Of a DNA stretch of 40,403 nt, positions 9,766 through 18,839 are shown one piece after another; the first letter of the stretch is position 1; every line of letters begins with the position of its first letter. This stretch comes from Rubritepida sp. (lineage in GTDB: Bacteria; Pseudomonadota; Alphaproteobacteria; Acetobacterales; Acetobacteraceae), in assembly GCA_028291485.1 (NCBI GenBank), contig JAQGHZ010000582.1:1-40403 (forward strand). Reading direction: 5' to 3'. The position numbers and the translations under genes were made by a program. Under the pieces are notes generated by a model, which had not been told where the DNA came from, ran no database searches, and saw only the letters and a list, made by a program, of their open reading frames with translations.

Positions 9766-12108
9766 ATGGGTCTTTCCTTGACGACAACGCTTCGCGCTAT
9801 CCTGCTCACGACCGCCGGTCTCGTGATGCTGTCGCCTGGTCAGGCCGATGCGCAGGGCAGGCGTCCTACTCCCGTTCGCGCGGCCGAGGTGCCGGGCGGC
9901 GCCATCACGGCGGTCGAGGTCCGGGGCAACCAGCGGATCGAGACCGATACCGTGCGCAGCTACATGCTCCTGCAGCCCGGCGATACTTATGACGCGGACA
10001 GGGCCGACCGCTCCATCCGCAGCCTTTTCGCGACGGGCCTGTTCCGCGATGTCCGCATCTCCCGCGACGGCTCGCGTCTCGTTGTCGATGTGGCCGAGAA
10101 CCCGCTGATCAGCCGCGTGGCCTTCGAGGGAAATCGCCGCATCTCCGACGACGTGCTGCGCAACGAGGTCCAGCTGCGCTCGCGCGCCGTTTACACGTCG
10201 CAGCTCGTCCAGGCCGACCGGCAGCGCATTCTCGATCTCTACGCCCGCCGCGGCCGCTTCGCCGCGCGTGTCGAACCGAAGATCATCGAGCTGGACCAGA
10301 ACCGGGTCGACGTCGTCTTCGAGATCCAGGAAGGCGATGCCGCGCTGGTGGCGCGCATCAATTTCGTCGGCAACCGGGCCTACAGCGATTCACGCCTGCG
10401 TGAGGTCGTGTCTACCAAGGAGGAGGCGTTCTATCGCTTCCTCTCCAACTCCGACACCTTCGATCCCGACCGCCTCAATTTCGACCGCGAGCTGCTGCGC
10501 CGCTACTACCTCCGGACAGGCTATCCTGACGTGCAGGTCGGCGCCGCGACGGCCGAGCTGGCGCCGGACCGCAGCGGCTTCTTCCTGACCTACAATATCG
10601 ACGAAGGGCAGCGCTACACCTTCGGCACGGTCGAGATCACCTCGGCCTTCCCGAATCTGAGCACCGCCGATATCCGGCGTTTCGTCGAGATTGCGCCCGG
10701 CGAATGGTACGATGGCGACGCCGTGGAGCGCAGCGCACAGGCGCTCGCCGATGCCGCCAACCTGCGCGGCTTCCCCTTCGTGGATGTCCAGCCGCGCATC
10801 ACGCGGGATGCCGAGACCCGCAAGGTCAACATCACCTTCGCCGTGAACGAGGCGCCGCGCATCTTCGTCGAGCGCATCGACATCAACGGCAACACCCGCA
10901 CGCAGGATCGGGTCATCCGTCGCGAATTCCGCCTCGCTGAGGGCGACGCCTTCAACGCGGCGCAGGTGCGGCGCTCCCGCGAGCGCATCCGCAACCTGGG
11001 CTATTTCAGCGATGTCCAGATCACGAACTCGCCGGGCTCCGCGCCCGACCGCACCATCCTGACCACGCAGATCGCCGAGCGTGCGACCGGTGAGGTGAGT
11101 GTGGGTGGCGGTTATTCGACCGATGCTGGTTTCCTGGCCGATTTCGGTCTGCGCGAGCGCAACCTTTCCGGCACGGGCCTCGATGCGCGCCTCAACACCA
11201 CGATCGCCCAGCGGCGCAGCCAGGTGGACATCTCGCTGACCGAGCCGGCCTTCCTGGACCGGAACCTCGCGGTCGGCGCCGACATCTTCTACATCCAGCG
11301 CAACCTGCTCTCGGTGTCACAGTACAGTGAGCGCCGCGCCGGCTTCGCGGTGCGTGCCGGCTACGAATTCAACGAGCGCCTGCGGCAGTCCTGGTCCTAC
11401 AGCCTCGTCAATCGCGATATTTACGACATTCAGCCGGGGGCTTCGCGCTTCGTTCTGGAGCAGCAGGGCAGCACGCTCCTCAGCCAGATCAGCCAGACGC
11501 TGTCCTATGATACCCGCGATAACCTGATCGAGCCGCGGCGCGGCTACCTGGTGCGCCTCGGCACCGACTTCGCCGGCCTGGGCGGTGACGTGGCCTATGT
11601 GCGCGCGCGCCTCGACGGCGCACTCTTCCTGCCGTTCGAGCGGGTCTTCGGCGATCCCGACTACGTGCTGACCTTCTTCGGCAGCGCCGGTATTCTGCAT
11701 TCCTACGGAAGCGGCAACAACCAGGACCGCATCGTCGACCGCTTCTTCCTCGGCGGCGAGAACCTGCGCGGCTTCGCCCTGGCGGGCGCCGGGCCGCGCG
11801 ACCTCGTGACGAACGACGCCCTCGGCGGCCGCATGATGTGGACCCAGACGACCGAGATGCGCTTCCCGCTGCCGGTGCCGTCGGAGATCGGCCTGATCGG
11901 CCGCGCCTTCGTCGATGTCGGCGCGCTGTGGGACACGGTCTCGGGCACGGGCATCGGCGACACCGCGCGGCCCCGTGTCGGCGCCGGCGTGGGCATCTCC
12001 TGGAGAAGCCCTTTCGGTCTGATCAACCTCGACGTCGCTCAGGCGGTCGTGAAGCAGAGCTACGATCAGACCCAGGTTTTCCGTTTCGGCTTTGGTACGC
12101 GCTTCTGA
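9766..12108 (+). CDS. bamA: outer membrane protein assembly factor BamA
   Basis: Signal peptide, POTRA repeats (GNQRIE, GNTRTQDRVIRRE), LRGF loop motif, C-terminal FRFGFGTRF. Start uncertain (9766 or TTG 9778). Confidence 0.97.
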   Translation: MGLSLTTTLRAILLTTAGLVMLSPGQADAQGRRPTPVRAAEVPGGAITAVEVRGNQRIETDTVRSYMLLQPGDTYDADRADRSIRSLFATGLFRDVRISRDGSRLVVDVAENPLISRVAFEGNRRISDDVLRNEVQLRSRAVYTSQLVQADRQRILDLYARRGRFAARVEPKIIELDQNRVDVVFEIQEGDAALVARINFVGNRAYSDSRLREVVSTKEEAFYRFLSNSDTFDPDRLNFDRELLRRYYLRTGYPDVQVGAATAELAPDRSGFFLTYNIDEGQRYTFGTVEITSAFPNLSTADIRRFVEIAPGEWYDGDAVERSAQALADAANLRGFPFVDVQPRITRDAETRKVNITFAVNEAPRIFVERIDINGNTRTQDRVIRREFRLAEGDAFNAAQVRRSRERIRNLGYFSDVQITNSPGSAPDRTILTTQIAERATGEVSVGGGYSTDAGFLADFGLRERNLSGTGLDARLNTTIAQRRSQVDISLTEPAFLDRNLAVGADIFYIQRNLLSVSQYSERRAGFAVRAGYEFNERLRQSWSYSLVNRDIYDIQPGASRFVLEQQGSTLLSQISQTLSYDTRDNLIEPRRGYLVRLGTDFAGLGGDVAYVRARLDGALFLPFERVFGDPDYVLTFFGSAGILHSYGSGNNQDRIVDRFFLGGENLRGFALAGAGPRDLVTNDALGGRMMWTQTTEMRFPLPVPSEIGLIGRAFVDVGALWDTVSGTGIGDTARPRVGAGVGISWRSPFGLINLDVAQAVVKQSYDQTQVFRFGFGTRF

Positions 12109-12134
12109 GCGCTGGGACAGACAGGTAGACGCCA

Positions 12135-12968
12135 ATGACATCGTTCCGACTTTCGATGGCCCTTCTGCTAGGGCTGGCCCCGAGCGTGGCCTTCGCGCAG
12201 CAGCGGCAGGGCCAGGAGTGGTTCGTCCCCGGCCAGAACCAGGGGGCGGCCGGTCAGCGTCCGACGCAACCGCAGCCGCAGCCGCAGCGTCCGCCTCAGG
12301 CGCCGACACAGCCGGCCGTGCGTCCGGGGCCGACGGCGGCTCGTCCGCCGGCGCTGCCGCCCGGAACGCCGCCGCCCGCGGCCGTCATCGGCATCGTGGA
12401 CATCCCCGAGATTCAGCGTCTCTCCACGGCCTTCAACCAGGTGCGCGAAGAGATCGAGCGCCGCAGGACGCGACTGAACGACGACCTCCAGCGGGAGCAG
12501 AACGGCTGGCGCGATGCGCAGCAGGCGCTCGCCACGCAGCGCGCGCAGATGAATCCGGAGCAGATCCGCAACCGCGAACGTGAACTGCAGGACCGGATCA
12601 CCGACAGCCAGCGCATCTTCCGCAACCGCAGCCAGGCGATCGAGCAGGCGGCGCAGCAGTCCCTCGTGCAGATCGAGGAGGCGCTGGGCGTCGTGGTCCG
12701 GCAAGTGGCCGGCAGCCGCAACGTCAACATCGTCCTGCCGCGCCCGCTGGTGATCATGAACGAGCCGGCCTTCGACCTGACGGAAGAGGTGGCACAGCAG
12801 TTCAACCGCACCCTGCGTCAGGTCACGATCCCGGCCGAGAGTGACGGTTCGCAGCCTCCGCCACCGCCGCCGGGGGCCCAGGCACCCGGTGGTGGCCCGA
12901 CGCCTGCCGCAGCTCCCGCGCGCCCGGCTCCCGCCGCTCCTCCGGCGCCGCAGCCCGCCCGCCGCTGA
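12135..12968 (+). CDS. skp: OmpH/Skp family periplasmic chaperone with Pro/Gln/Ala-rich extensions
   Basis: Signal peptide, IGIVD, long coiled coil, DLTEEV; lies between bamA and lpxD. Confidence 0.85.
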   Translation: MTSFRLSMALLLGLAPSVAFAQQRQGQEWFVPGQNQGAAGQRPTQPQPQPQRPPQAPTQPAVRPGPTAARPPALPPGTPPPAAVIGIVDIPEIQRLSTAFNQVREEIERRRTRLNDDLQREQNGWRDAQQALATQRAQMNPEQIRNRERELQDRITDSQRIFRNRSQAIEQAAQQSLVQIEEALGVVVRQVAGSRNVNIVLPRPLVIMNEPAFDLTEEVAQQFNRTLRQVTIPAESDGSQPPPPPPGAQAPGGGPTPAAAPARPAPAAPPAPQPARR

Positions 12969-12991
12969 TCCGGAAATGCGGGACGCTTCGC

Positions 12992-14035
12992 ATGTCGGCT
13001 GACGCCCGCTTTTTCGGGTATGCGGGGCCTCTCTCATTGACGACCATTGCCGCCGCCGTGGGCGGCGCGTTCGACGGGGATCCGGAGCGGAGCTTCTCAG
13101 GTGTCGGCTCGCTTGAGGCGGCAACCTCGGAGGAAGTCAGCTTCTGCGAGGCGCCGCGCTACGCCTCCGCCTTGAGGGCGACGGGTGCCGGTGCGGTCCT
13201 TGTGCCGGGCACGCTCGCCAGCCAGGTGCCGCAGGGTTGCGTTGCCATCGTCTGCCCTTCGCCCGCCGCGGCGTTCGGCAAGGTTGCAGCCTTGTTCCAT
13301 CCGGGGCCCAAGCCACAGGCTCGCATCGATCCCACGGCAATCGTGGCCGCCGATGCCGTCATCGGCGAAGGCACAGAGATCGGGCCCATGTCGGTGATCG
13401 GGGCCGGAGCCCGGATCGGTGAGGATTGCCTCATCGGACCGATGGTCACGGTCGGCACCGGTGTTGTGCTCGGTGCGGGCTGCGTCCTGCACAGCCACGC
13501 CTCCATCTCCCATGCGATCTGCGCAGATGGGGTGGTGCTGCATCCTGGTGCCAGGGTGGGTCAGGAAGGCTTCGGCTTTACCGTCGCCCCGGACGGACGC
13601 TTCGAAACGGCTCCTCAGCTCGGCCTCGTCGAACTCGGGCGAGGGGTCGAAGTGGGTGCAAATAGCTGCGTGGACCGTGGGGCTCTGGCCAATACCGTCC
13701 TCGGCGAAGGAACGCGGCTCGATAACCTCGTCCAGGTAGGGCATAACGTCCGCACGGGGCGGGGATGCATTCTGGTGGCCCAGGTAGGGGTTTCCGGATC
13801 CACGGTGATGGGCGATTACGTGAGCGCGGGCGGCCAGGCCGGATTTGCAGGCCACCTCTCGATCGGAAGTCGGGCCCGGATCGGTGCCCAGGCGGGCGTC
13901 ATCCAGGATCTTCCAGCCGAGGCGGAGGTCTTCGGGACGCCGGCCGCACCCATTCGCGAGGTCTTCCGGGCCTTGCAGGTTCTGAGACGCCTGGCCGCAG
14001 AATCGCGGCACATAAAGAGACGGGAAGCGGAGTGA
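12992..14035 (+). CDS. lpxD: UDP-3-O-(3-hydroxyacyl)glucosamine N-acyltransferase
   Basis: Hexapeptide repeats, GQEGFGF, VDRGAL, LDNLVQVGHNV. Confidence 0.95.
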   Translation: MSADARFFGYAGPLSLTTIAAAVGGAFDGDPERSFSGVGSLEAATSEEVSFCEAPRYASALRATGAGAVLVPGTLASQVPQGCVAIVCPSPAAAFGKVAALFHPGPKPQARIDPTAIVAADAVIGEGTEIGPMSVIGAGARIGEDCLIGPMVTVGTGVVLGAGCVLHSHASISHAICADGVVLHPGARVGQEGFGFTVAPDGRFETAPQLGLVELGRGVEVGANSCVDRGALANTVLGEGTRLDNLVQVGHNVRTGRGCILVAQVGVSGSTVMGDYVSAGGQAGFAGHLSIGSRARIGAQAGVIQDLPAEAEVFGTPAAPIREVFRALQVLRRLAAESRHIKRREAE

Positions 14036-14040
14036 AAGCC

Positions 14041-14511
14041 ATGGATCAGGCGGCACCCCACAATACGGCGATTGAATCCTACGGCATCGCCCAGATCATG
14101 GCAGCGATCCCGCACCGCTATCCTTTTCTGTTGATTGACCGGGTCGTGGATCTCGTGCTCGACCAGTCGGCGGTCGGCGTGAAGAACGTCACGATCAACG
14201 AGTTCTTTTTCCAGGGCCATTTCCCGACCGAGCCGGTGATGCCCGGCGTGTTGATCGTTGAGAGCATGGCGCAGACCGCGGCGGTGCTGGTGGTCGCGAC
14301 GCTGGGCGAGGCTGCGCAGGGTAAGCTTGTCTACTTCATGTCCGTGGAGGCCGCGAAATTCCGCCGGCCGGTCGTGCCCGGCGACCAGATCCGCGTCCAT
14401 GTCACGAAGGTGCAGCGACGAATGAATGTGTGGAAGTTCTCGGCCCAAGCCAAGGTCGACGGCGTCGTCGTCGCCGAGGCGACCTATGCCGCCATGATCA
14501 GGGACCGGTGA
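14041..14511 (+). CDS. fabZ: 3-hydroxyacyl-ACP dehydratase
   Basis: PHRYPFLLIDRV, GHFP, MPGVLIVESMAQ. Start 14041 (or GTG 14032). Confidence 0.98.
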   Translation: MDQAAPHNTAIESYGIAQIMAAIPHRYPFLLIDRVVDLVLDQSAVGVKNVTINEFFFQGHFPTEPVMPGVLIVESMAQTAAVLVVATLGEAAQGKLVYFMSVEAAKFRRPVVPGDQIRVHVTKVQRRMNVWKFSAQAKVDGVVVAEATYAAMIRDR

Positions 14512-15362
14512 GACACGTGGACAGCATTGCGGGCACTGCCTCCATCCATCCTTCCGCCGTCATCGAGCCGGGAGCGCAGATCGGCTCCGGCTGCCGGGTC
14601 GGGCCCTTTTGCATCGTCGGTCCTGCCGTCGTGCTGGAGGAGGGCGTCGAGCTCGTCTCGCATGTCGTGATCGAGGGGCAGACCCGGATCGGCGCCGAGA
14701 GCCGGCTTTCGGCCTATGCCTCCGTGGGGCTGCCGCCGCAGGACCTGAAGTATCGGGGCGAGCCGACCGGCGTCACGATCGGGCCCCGCAGCTACCTGCG
14801 CGAGCACGTTACGGTGCATCGCGGCAGCATCGGCGGCGACGGCATGACGCGCGTCGGCGCGGACTGCCTGCTCATGGCGTGCAGCCATGTGGGGCATGAC
14901 TGCCGGGTCGGCGATCGCGTGATCCTCGCCAACAACGTGATGCTGGGCGGGCATGTCCAACTCGGCGAGCAGTGCTTCCTCGGCGGGGGCGCGGCCATCC
15001 ACCAGATGGTCCGCGTCGGGCGCCATGCGATGGTGGGTGGGCTTGCCGGCGTCACCAACGACATTCCGCCCTTCGGCAATGTCTTCGGCCTGCCCGCGCG
15101 CCTCGTCGGGCTGAACGTCGTGGGGCTGCGGCGGCGGGGCTTCTCACGCGAGAACCTTCATGCGTTGCGCGCCGCCTTCCGGCTGCTCTTCCGGGATCCG
15201 GGCACCTTCGCCGAGCGCCTGCTCGTCGCCGAGGAGCGCTTTGCGGGCGACGTGCTGGTCGGCGAGGTGTTGGGCTTCCTCCGCTCGGCCGATCGCAGGC
15301 GCGAGTTGATCCGTCCGGGTCGGATGGCCGTGGAATTGGGGGCTGAGGACGAGGAGGCGTGA
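14508..15362 (+). CDS. lpxA: UDP-N-acetylglucosamine O-acyltransferase
   Basis: IHPSAVIE, PQDLKY, HVGHDC, IHQ, GLNVVGLRRRG. GTG start at 14508 or 14517. Confidence 0.96.
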   Translation: MRHVDSIAGTASIHPSAVIEPGAQIGSGCRVGPFCIVGPAVVLEEGVELVSHVVIEGQTRIGAESRLSAYASVGLPPQDLKYRGEPTGVTIGPRSYLREHVTVHRGSIGGDGMTRVGADCLLMACSHVGHDCRVGDRVILANNVMLGGHVQLGEQCFLGGGAAIHQMVRVGRHAMVGGLAGVTNDIPPFGNVFGLPARLVGLNVVGLRRRGFSRENLHALRAAFRLLFRDPGTFAERLLVAEERFAGDVLVGEVLGFLRSADRRRELIRPGRMAVELGAEDEEA

Positions 15363-16189
15363 AGCTCGGCCTTCTGGCCGGCGGAGGACCCTTTCCGGTA
15401 CGGGTCGCCGATGCGGCGGTCGGTTCGGGCCATGAGATCTTCATCGTCTGCCTGAAGAGTTTTTGCGAGCCCGCTGATTATGTGCGCTTTCCGCACACGG
15501 TGGAGCGCCTCGGGGCCGGCGGTGCGATCATCCAGCGGCTGAAGGACGAGGGCGTCAGCCATATCGTCCTGGCCGGCAAGGTGAAGCGGCCTTCGATGCT
15601 GTCGCTCCTGCCCGATGTCTGGATGGCCAAGGCCATGACACGTGTGGGTGTCGCAATCCTTTCGGGGGATGATGCGCTGTTCAAGGCCGTGGTGCGGGTA
15701 CTCGGCGAGGAGGGATTCGAGGTCGTCTCGCCGCAATCCCTCATCGAGGACAGCACCGCGGCCGAAGCCGGGCTCCTGGTCGGGGCGGAGCCAGATGCGA
15801 TGGCGCGCACGGACATCGCCCGGGGCATCGAGGCGCTGCGCTGCCTGGCCCCCGTGGATGTCGGGCAGGCGGTGGTGGTGCAGCAGGGCATGGTGCTCGG
15901 CATCGAGGCGGTGGAGGGCACGGACGCCCTGATCGCCCGCGCCGGCGACCTGCGGCGTGACGGTCCCGGCGGCGTGCTGGTCAAACTTTCGAAGACGGGT
16001 CAGGAAATGCGGATCGACGCGCCCGTCGTTGGTCCCATGACGGTGGCCGGAGCGAAGTCGGCAGGGCTGCGCGGCATTGCCATCGAGGCCGGTCGCACCA
16101 TACTCGTCGAGCGGGCGGCGACCCTGGAGGCCGCCGAGACGGCCGGGCTCTTCGTCATGGCCGTCGATCCGGAACGCTTCACCGCCTGA
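15359..16189 (+). CDS. lpxI: UDP-2,3-diacylglucosamine diphosphatase LpxI
   Basis: [29 protein letters not shown]; follows lpxA with GTGA coupling. Confidence 0.93.
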   Translation: MKLGLLAGGGPFPVRVADAAVGSGHEIFIVCLKSFCEPADYVRFPHTVERLGAGGAIIQRLKDEGVSHIVLAGKVKRPSMLSLLPDVWMAKAMTRVGVAILSGDDALFKAVVRVLGEEGFEVVSPQSLIEDSTAAEAGLLVGAEPDAMARTDIARGIEALRCLAPVDVGQAVVVQQGMVLGIEAVEGTDALIARAGDLRRDGPGGVLVKLSKTGQEMRIDAPVVGPMTVAGAKSAGLRGIAIEAGRTILVERAATLEAAETAGLFVMAVDPERFTA

Positions 16190-16218
16190 ACGCCATCACA
16201 TCGCAAGGAGACCCGAGA

Positions 16219-16614
16219 ATGAGCGATAGCTTCCGCTACCTGCACACCATGCTGCGCGTCGGCGACCTCGACCGCAGCATTGCCTTCTACACGACCCATC
16301 TCGGCATGAACGAGCTGCGCCGGAATGACGTGCCGGACGGCAAGTACACGCTCGTCTTCCTGGGCTACGGCGACGAGACCAAGGAGACGGTGCTGGAGCT
16401 GACCTACAATTACGGCGTCGAGAAGTACGAGATGGGCGGTGCCTTCGGCCACCTGGCGGTCGGCCTGCCGGACATCTACGGCACCTGCGAGAAGATGCGC
16501 GCTGCCGGCGTGAAGATCTCGCGGGAGCCGGGGCCGGTGAAGTTCGGCACCACGCTCATCGCCTTCATCGAGGATCCGGACGGCTACAAGATCGAGCTGA
16601 TCCAGCGCAAGTAG
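16219..16614 (+). CDS. gloA: lactoylglutathione lyase (glyoxalase I)
   Basis: [38 protein letters not shown]. Confidence 0.96.
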   Translation: MSDSFRYLHTMLRVGDLDRSIAFYTTHLGMNELRRNDVPDGKYTLVFLGYGDETKETVLELTYNYGVEKYEMGGAFGHLAVGLPDIYGTCEKMRAAGVKISREPGPVKFGTTLIAFIEDPDGYKIELIQRK

Positions 16615-16677
16615 GCCGACGCGTGATGACTTGAGGCGGATCCGGCCGAAAGTCCGAATCACGCTATCCCGTACGCC

Positions 16678-17649
16678 TTAGCCGCCCAGGCGGACATTGG
16701 CCGCCTGGGCCACCTCGCGCCACTTCGCGATTTCGTTGCGCACGAAGGTGCCGAATTCTTCCGGGGTGCTGGGGTCGGCCACGCCGCCCATGCTGAGCAT
16801 GCGGTCCTGCATGGCCCGGTCGTTGAGGATGGCCCGCACGTCCGTCGAAATCTTCCGGATGATGTCGGGGGGCGTCGCAGCTGGAGCCACAAGCCCGGTC
16901 CAGCCGGCCGCCTCATAACCAGGCGACACCGTCTCCGCGATGGTCGGAAGGTCCGGCATCTGCGGCAGGCGCCGTGGCTGCGCCACGGCCAGAGCCCGCG
17001 CTCGACCACCCTGGATCTGCGGTAGCGCGCTTGCCACGCTGTCCATCATCAGGGGGACGTTGCCGGCCACGAGGTCGGAAATGCCGGGGCCGGAGCCGCG
17101 ATAGTGGACGATATTGAAGCGCAGTCCGGTACGGAGTTGCAGAAGCTCGATGGCGAGGTGCTGGCTCGTCGCCGGACCGGCCGAGGCGATGTTGATCTCC
17201 CCCGGCCTCGCCCGGGCCAGGGCCGCGACCTCCTGGATGGTCTGCCCCGGAAAGCTGGGATGCGCGATCATCAGCAGCGGCACCATGGTGAGATTGCTGA
17301 TGAAGGCGAAGTCATGTTCGGCATCATAAGGCAGCCGCTGCAGCACCGAGGGGTTCACGCTCAGCGTGCCCGAGGTGCCCGCGGTCAGCGTGTAGCCGTC
17401 CGGTGCGGCCCGCGCCCCTGCCTCCAGCCCCGGCGCACCTGCGCCGCCGCTACGATTATCCACCACGACCCGCTGGGGCCAGCGCTGTGACAGCTGGTCG
17501 GCCACAAGCCGCGTGAAGATGTCGGCGGCCTGGCCGGGCGGGAAGGGGACGATGATCCGGACCGGGCGTTCCGGCCATCCGGATTGCGCCTTCGCCGCAA
17601 GCGGCAACAGGGCAGGGGCGGCCAGCAGGGCGCGGCGCGTGATCGTCAT
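16678..17649 (-). CDS. Bug/TctC family tripartite tricarboxylate transporter substrate-binding protein
   Basis: Tat-like signal TRRALL, WPERPVRIIVPFPPG, APDGYTL, VHYRGSGP, PDLPT. GGAGG RBS before ATG 17649. Confidence 0.93.
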   Translation of the reverse strand: MTITRRALLAAPALLPLAAKAQSGWPERPVRIIVPFPPGQAADIFTRLVADQLSQRWPQRVVVDNRSGGAGAPGLEAGARAAPDGYTLTAGTSGTLSVNPSVLQRLPYDAEHDFAFISNLTMVPLLMIAHPSFPGQTIQEVAALARARPGEINIASAGPATSQHLAIELLQLRTGLRFNIVHYRGSGPGISDLVAGNVPLMMDSVASALPQIQGGRARALAVAQPRRLPQMPDLPTIAETVSPGYEAAGWTGLVAPAATPPDIIRKISTDVRAILNDRAMQDRMLSMGGVADPSTPEEFGTFVRNEIAKWREVAQAANVRLGG

Positions 17650-17728
17650 GGCTTCCTCCGTCCGGCGGCTCTTGCCGCTTCGTTTCGTGCGGTTAGCTTG
17701 GCGCCATGGGAACAGGAAGCGCAAGGCC

Positions 17729-18805
17729 ATGAACTCACTCGACATCGCGGTCCTGGGCGGCGACGGCATCGGTCCGGAGGTGATGGAGGCCGCCATCGCC
17801 GTCCTGCAGAAGGTGGATGCGCGGCATTCGCTGGGCCTCGGTTTCACCCAGCTGCGCGCCGGCGCCTTCGCCTATCGGGACACGGGCACCGACCTTTCGG
17901 ACGAGGTCTTCGAGCGCGCACGAAAGGCCGATGCGATCCTGCTCGGCGCCATGGGCTGGCCGGGCATCCGCCACGCCGACGGGACCGAGCTCGCGCCGCA
18001 GATCACCTTGCGTCAGCGGCTGGACCTCTTCGGCGGCGTGCGGCCCATCCGCGCCATTCCGGGCGTGCCCTTGCCGCTCGCTGATCCTCGCGCGGCAAAG
18101 ATCGACTTCGTGATTCTACGGGAAAGCACGGAGGGCCTGTTCTTCTCCAAGGACAAGGGCCTCGTCACGCCGGACATGGCCGAGGAGACGCTGCGCATGA
18201 CGCGCGGCACCTCCCTGCGGCTCGCGCGGATGGCCTTCGATCTGGCCGGCCAGCGCGCCGCGCGGCTCGGCAGGCCCGGACGCGTGACGCTGGTGGACAA
18301 GGCCAATGTCTTCCGTGCCTTCGCCTGGCTGCGCCAGATCTTCGGGGAAGTCGCAGCGGAGTATCCGGATGTGCGGCACGACGCCGCCTATGTGGACGCC
18401 ATGGCCCTCGATCTGATCCGACGTCCGTGGGATTTCGACCTGCTGCCCACGGAAAACATGTTCGGCGACATCCTCTCGGACCTCGCCGCGGGGCTGATTG
18501 GCGGCATGGGTTTCGCGCCCTCAGCCGATCTCGGCGAGGCGCATGCTGTGTTCCAGCCGAGCCACGGCACGGCGCCGGACATTGCCGGACAGGGCAAGGC
18601 CAATCCCACCGCGACGATTCTGTCCGCCGCCATGATGCTTGATTGGCTCGCCATGCGCGAAGGCGGCTCGCGCCTGACGGAGGCGGCCGAGGAGATCCGG
18701 CAGGCGGTGGACGACGCGTTCAAAGGTGGGCTGCGCACGGCGGATGTCGGCGGCACGGCCGGCACAGCAGAGGCGACGCGCGCCGTGCTCGAAGCCCTCC
18801 CGTGA
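17729..18805 (+). CDS. isocitrate/isopropylmalate/tartrate dehydrogenase family protein (not the housekeeping LeuB)
   Basis: [35 protein letters not shown]. Confidence 0.92.
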   Translation: MNSLDIAVLGGDGIGPEVMEAAIAVLQKVDARHSLGLGFTQLRAGAFAYRDTGTDLSDEVFERARKADAILLGAMGWPGIRHADGTELAPQITLRQRLDLFGGVRPIRAIPGVPLPLADPRAAKIDFVILRESTEGLFFSKDKGLVTPDMAEETLRMTRGTSLRLARMAFDLAGQRAARLGRPGRVTLVDKANVFRAFAWLRQIFGEVAAEYPDVRHDAAYVDAMALDLIRRPWDFDLLPTENMFGDILSDLAAGLIGGMGFAPSADLGEAHAVFQPSHGTAPDIAGQGKANPTATILSAAMMLDWLAMREGGSRLTEAAEEIRQAVDDAFKGGLRTADVGGTAGTAEATRAVLEALP

Positions 18806-18837
18806 TCCGCTGAGTCTAAGCCCTCCATGATCCGCTG
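18792..18837. repeat. imperfect ~20-bp tandem duplication between convergent genes
   Basis: AAGCCCTCCcgTGATCCGCTG (18792-812) and AAGCCCTCCaTGATCCGCTG (18818-837). Confidence 0.7.
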
Positions 18838-18839
18838 GA

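Noticed and set aside
12255-12380. CCGCAG-type tandem repeats, considered as a VNTR or CRISPR
   Set aside because: They encode the Pro/Gln linker of Skp. There is no repeat-spacer periodicity and no cas gene in the window.
16621-16664. GCGTGAT/ATCACGC inverted repeat between gloA and the Bug gene
   Set aside because: The stem is short and interrupted with no U tract, too weak to call a terminator or sRNA.
17622-17634. 13-bp match (CCAGCAGGGCGCG) to the 3' end of tRNA-Arg(TCT), considered as an att repeat
   Set aside because: It lies upstream of the tRNA, is short and GC-rich, and encodes RALL of the Bug signal peptide on the other strand, so it is likely chance.
17729-18805. Calling this gene leuB
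   Set aside because: The true leuB sits with leuCD at 38387. This paralog lacks the GGPKWD/RPE loop and the conserved Tyr.
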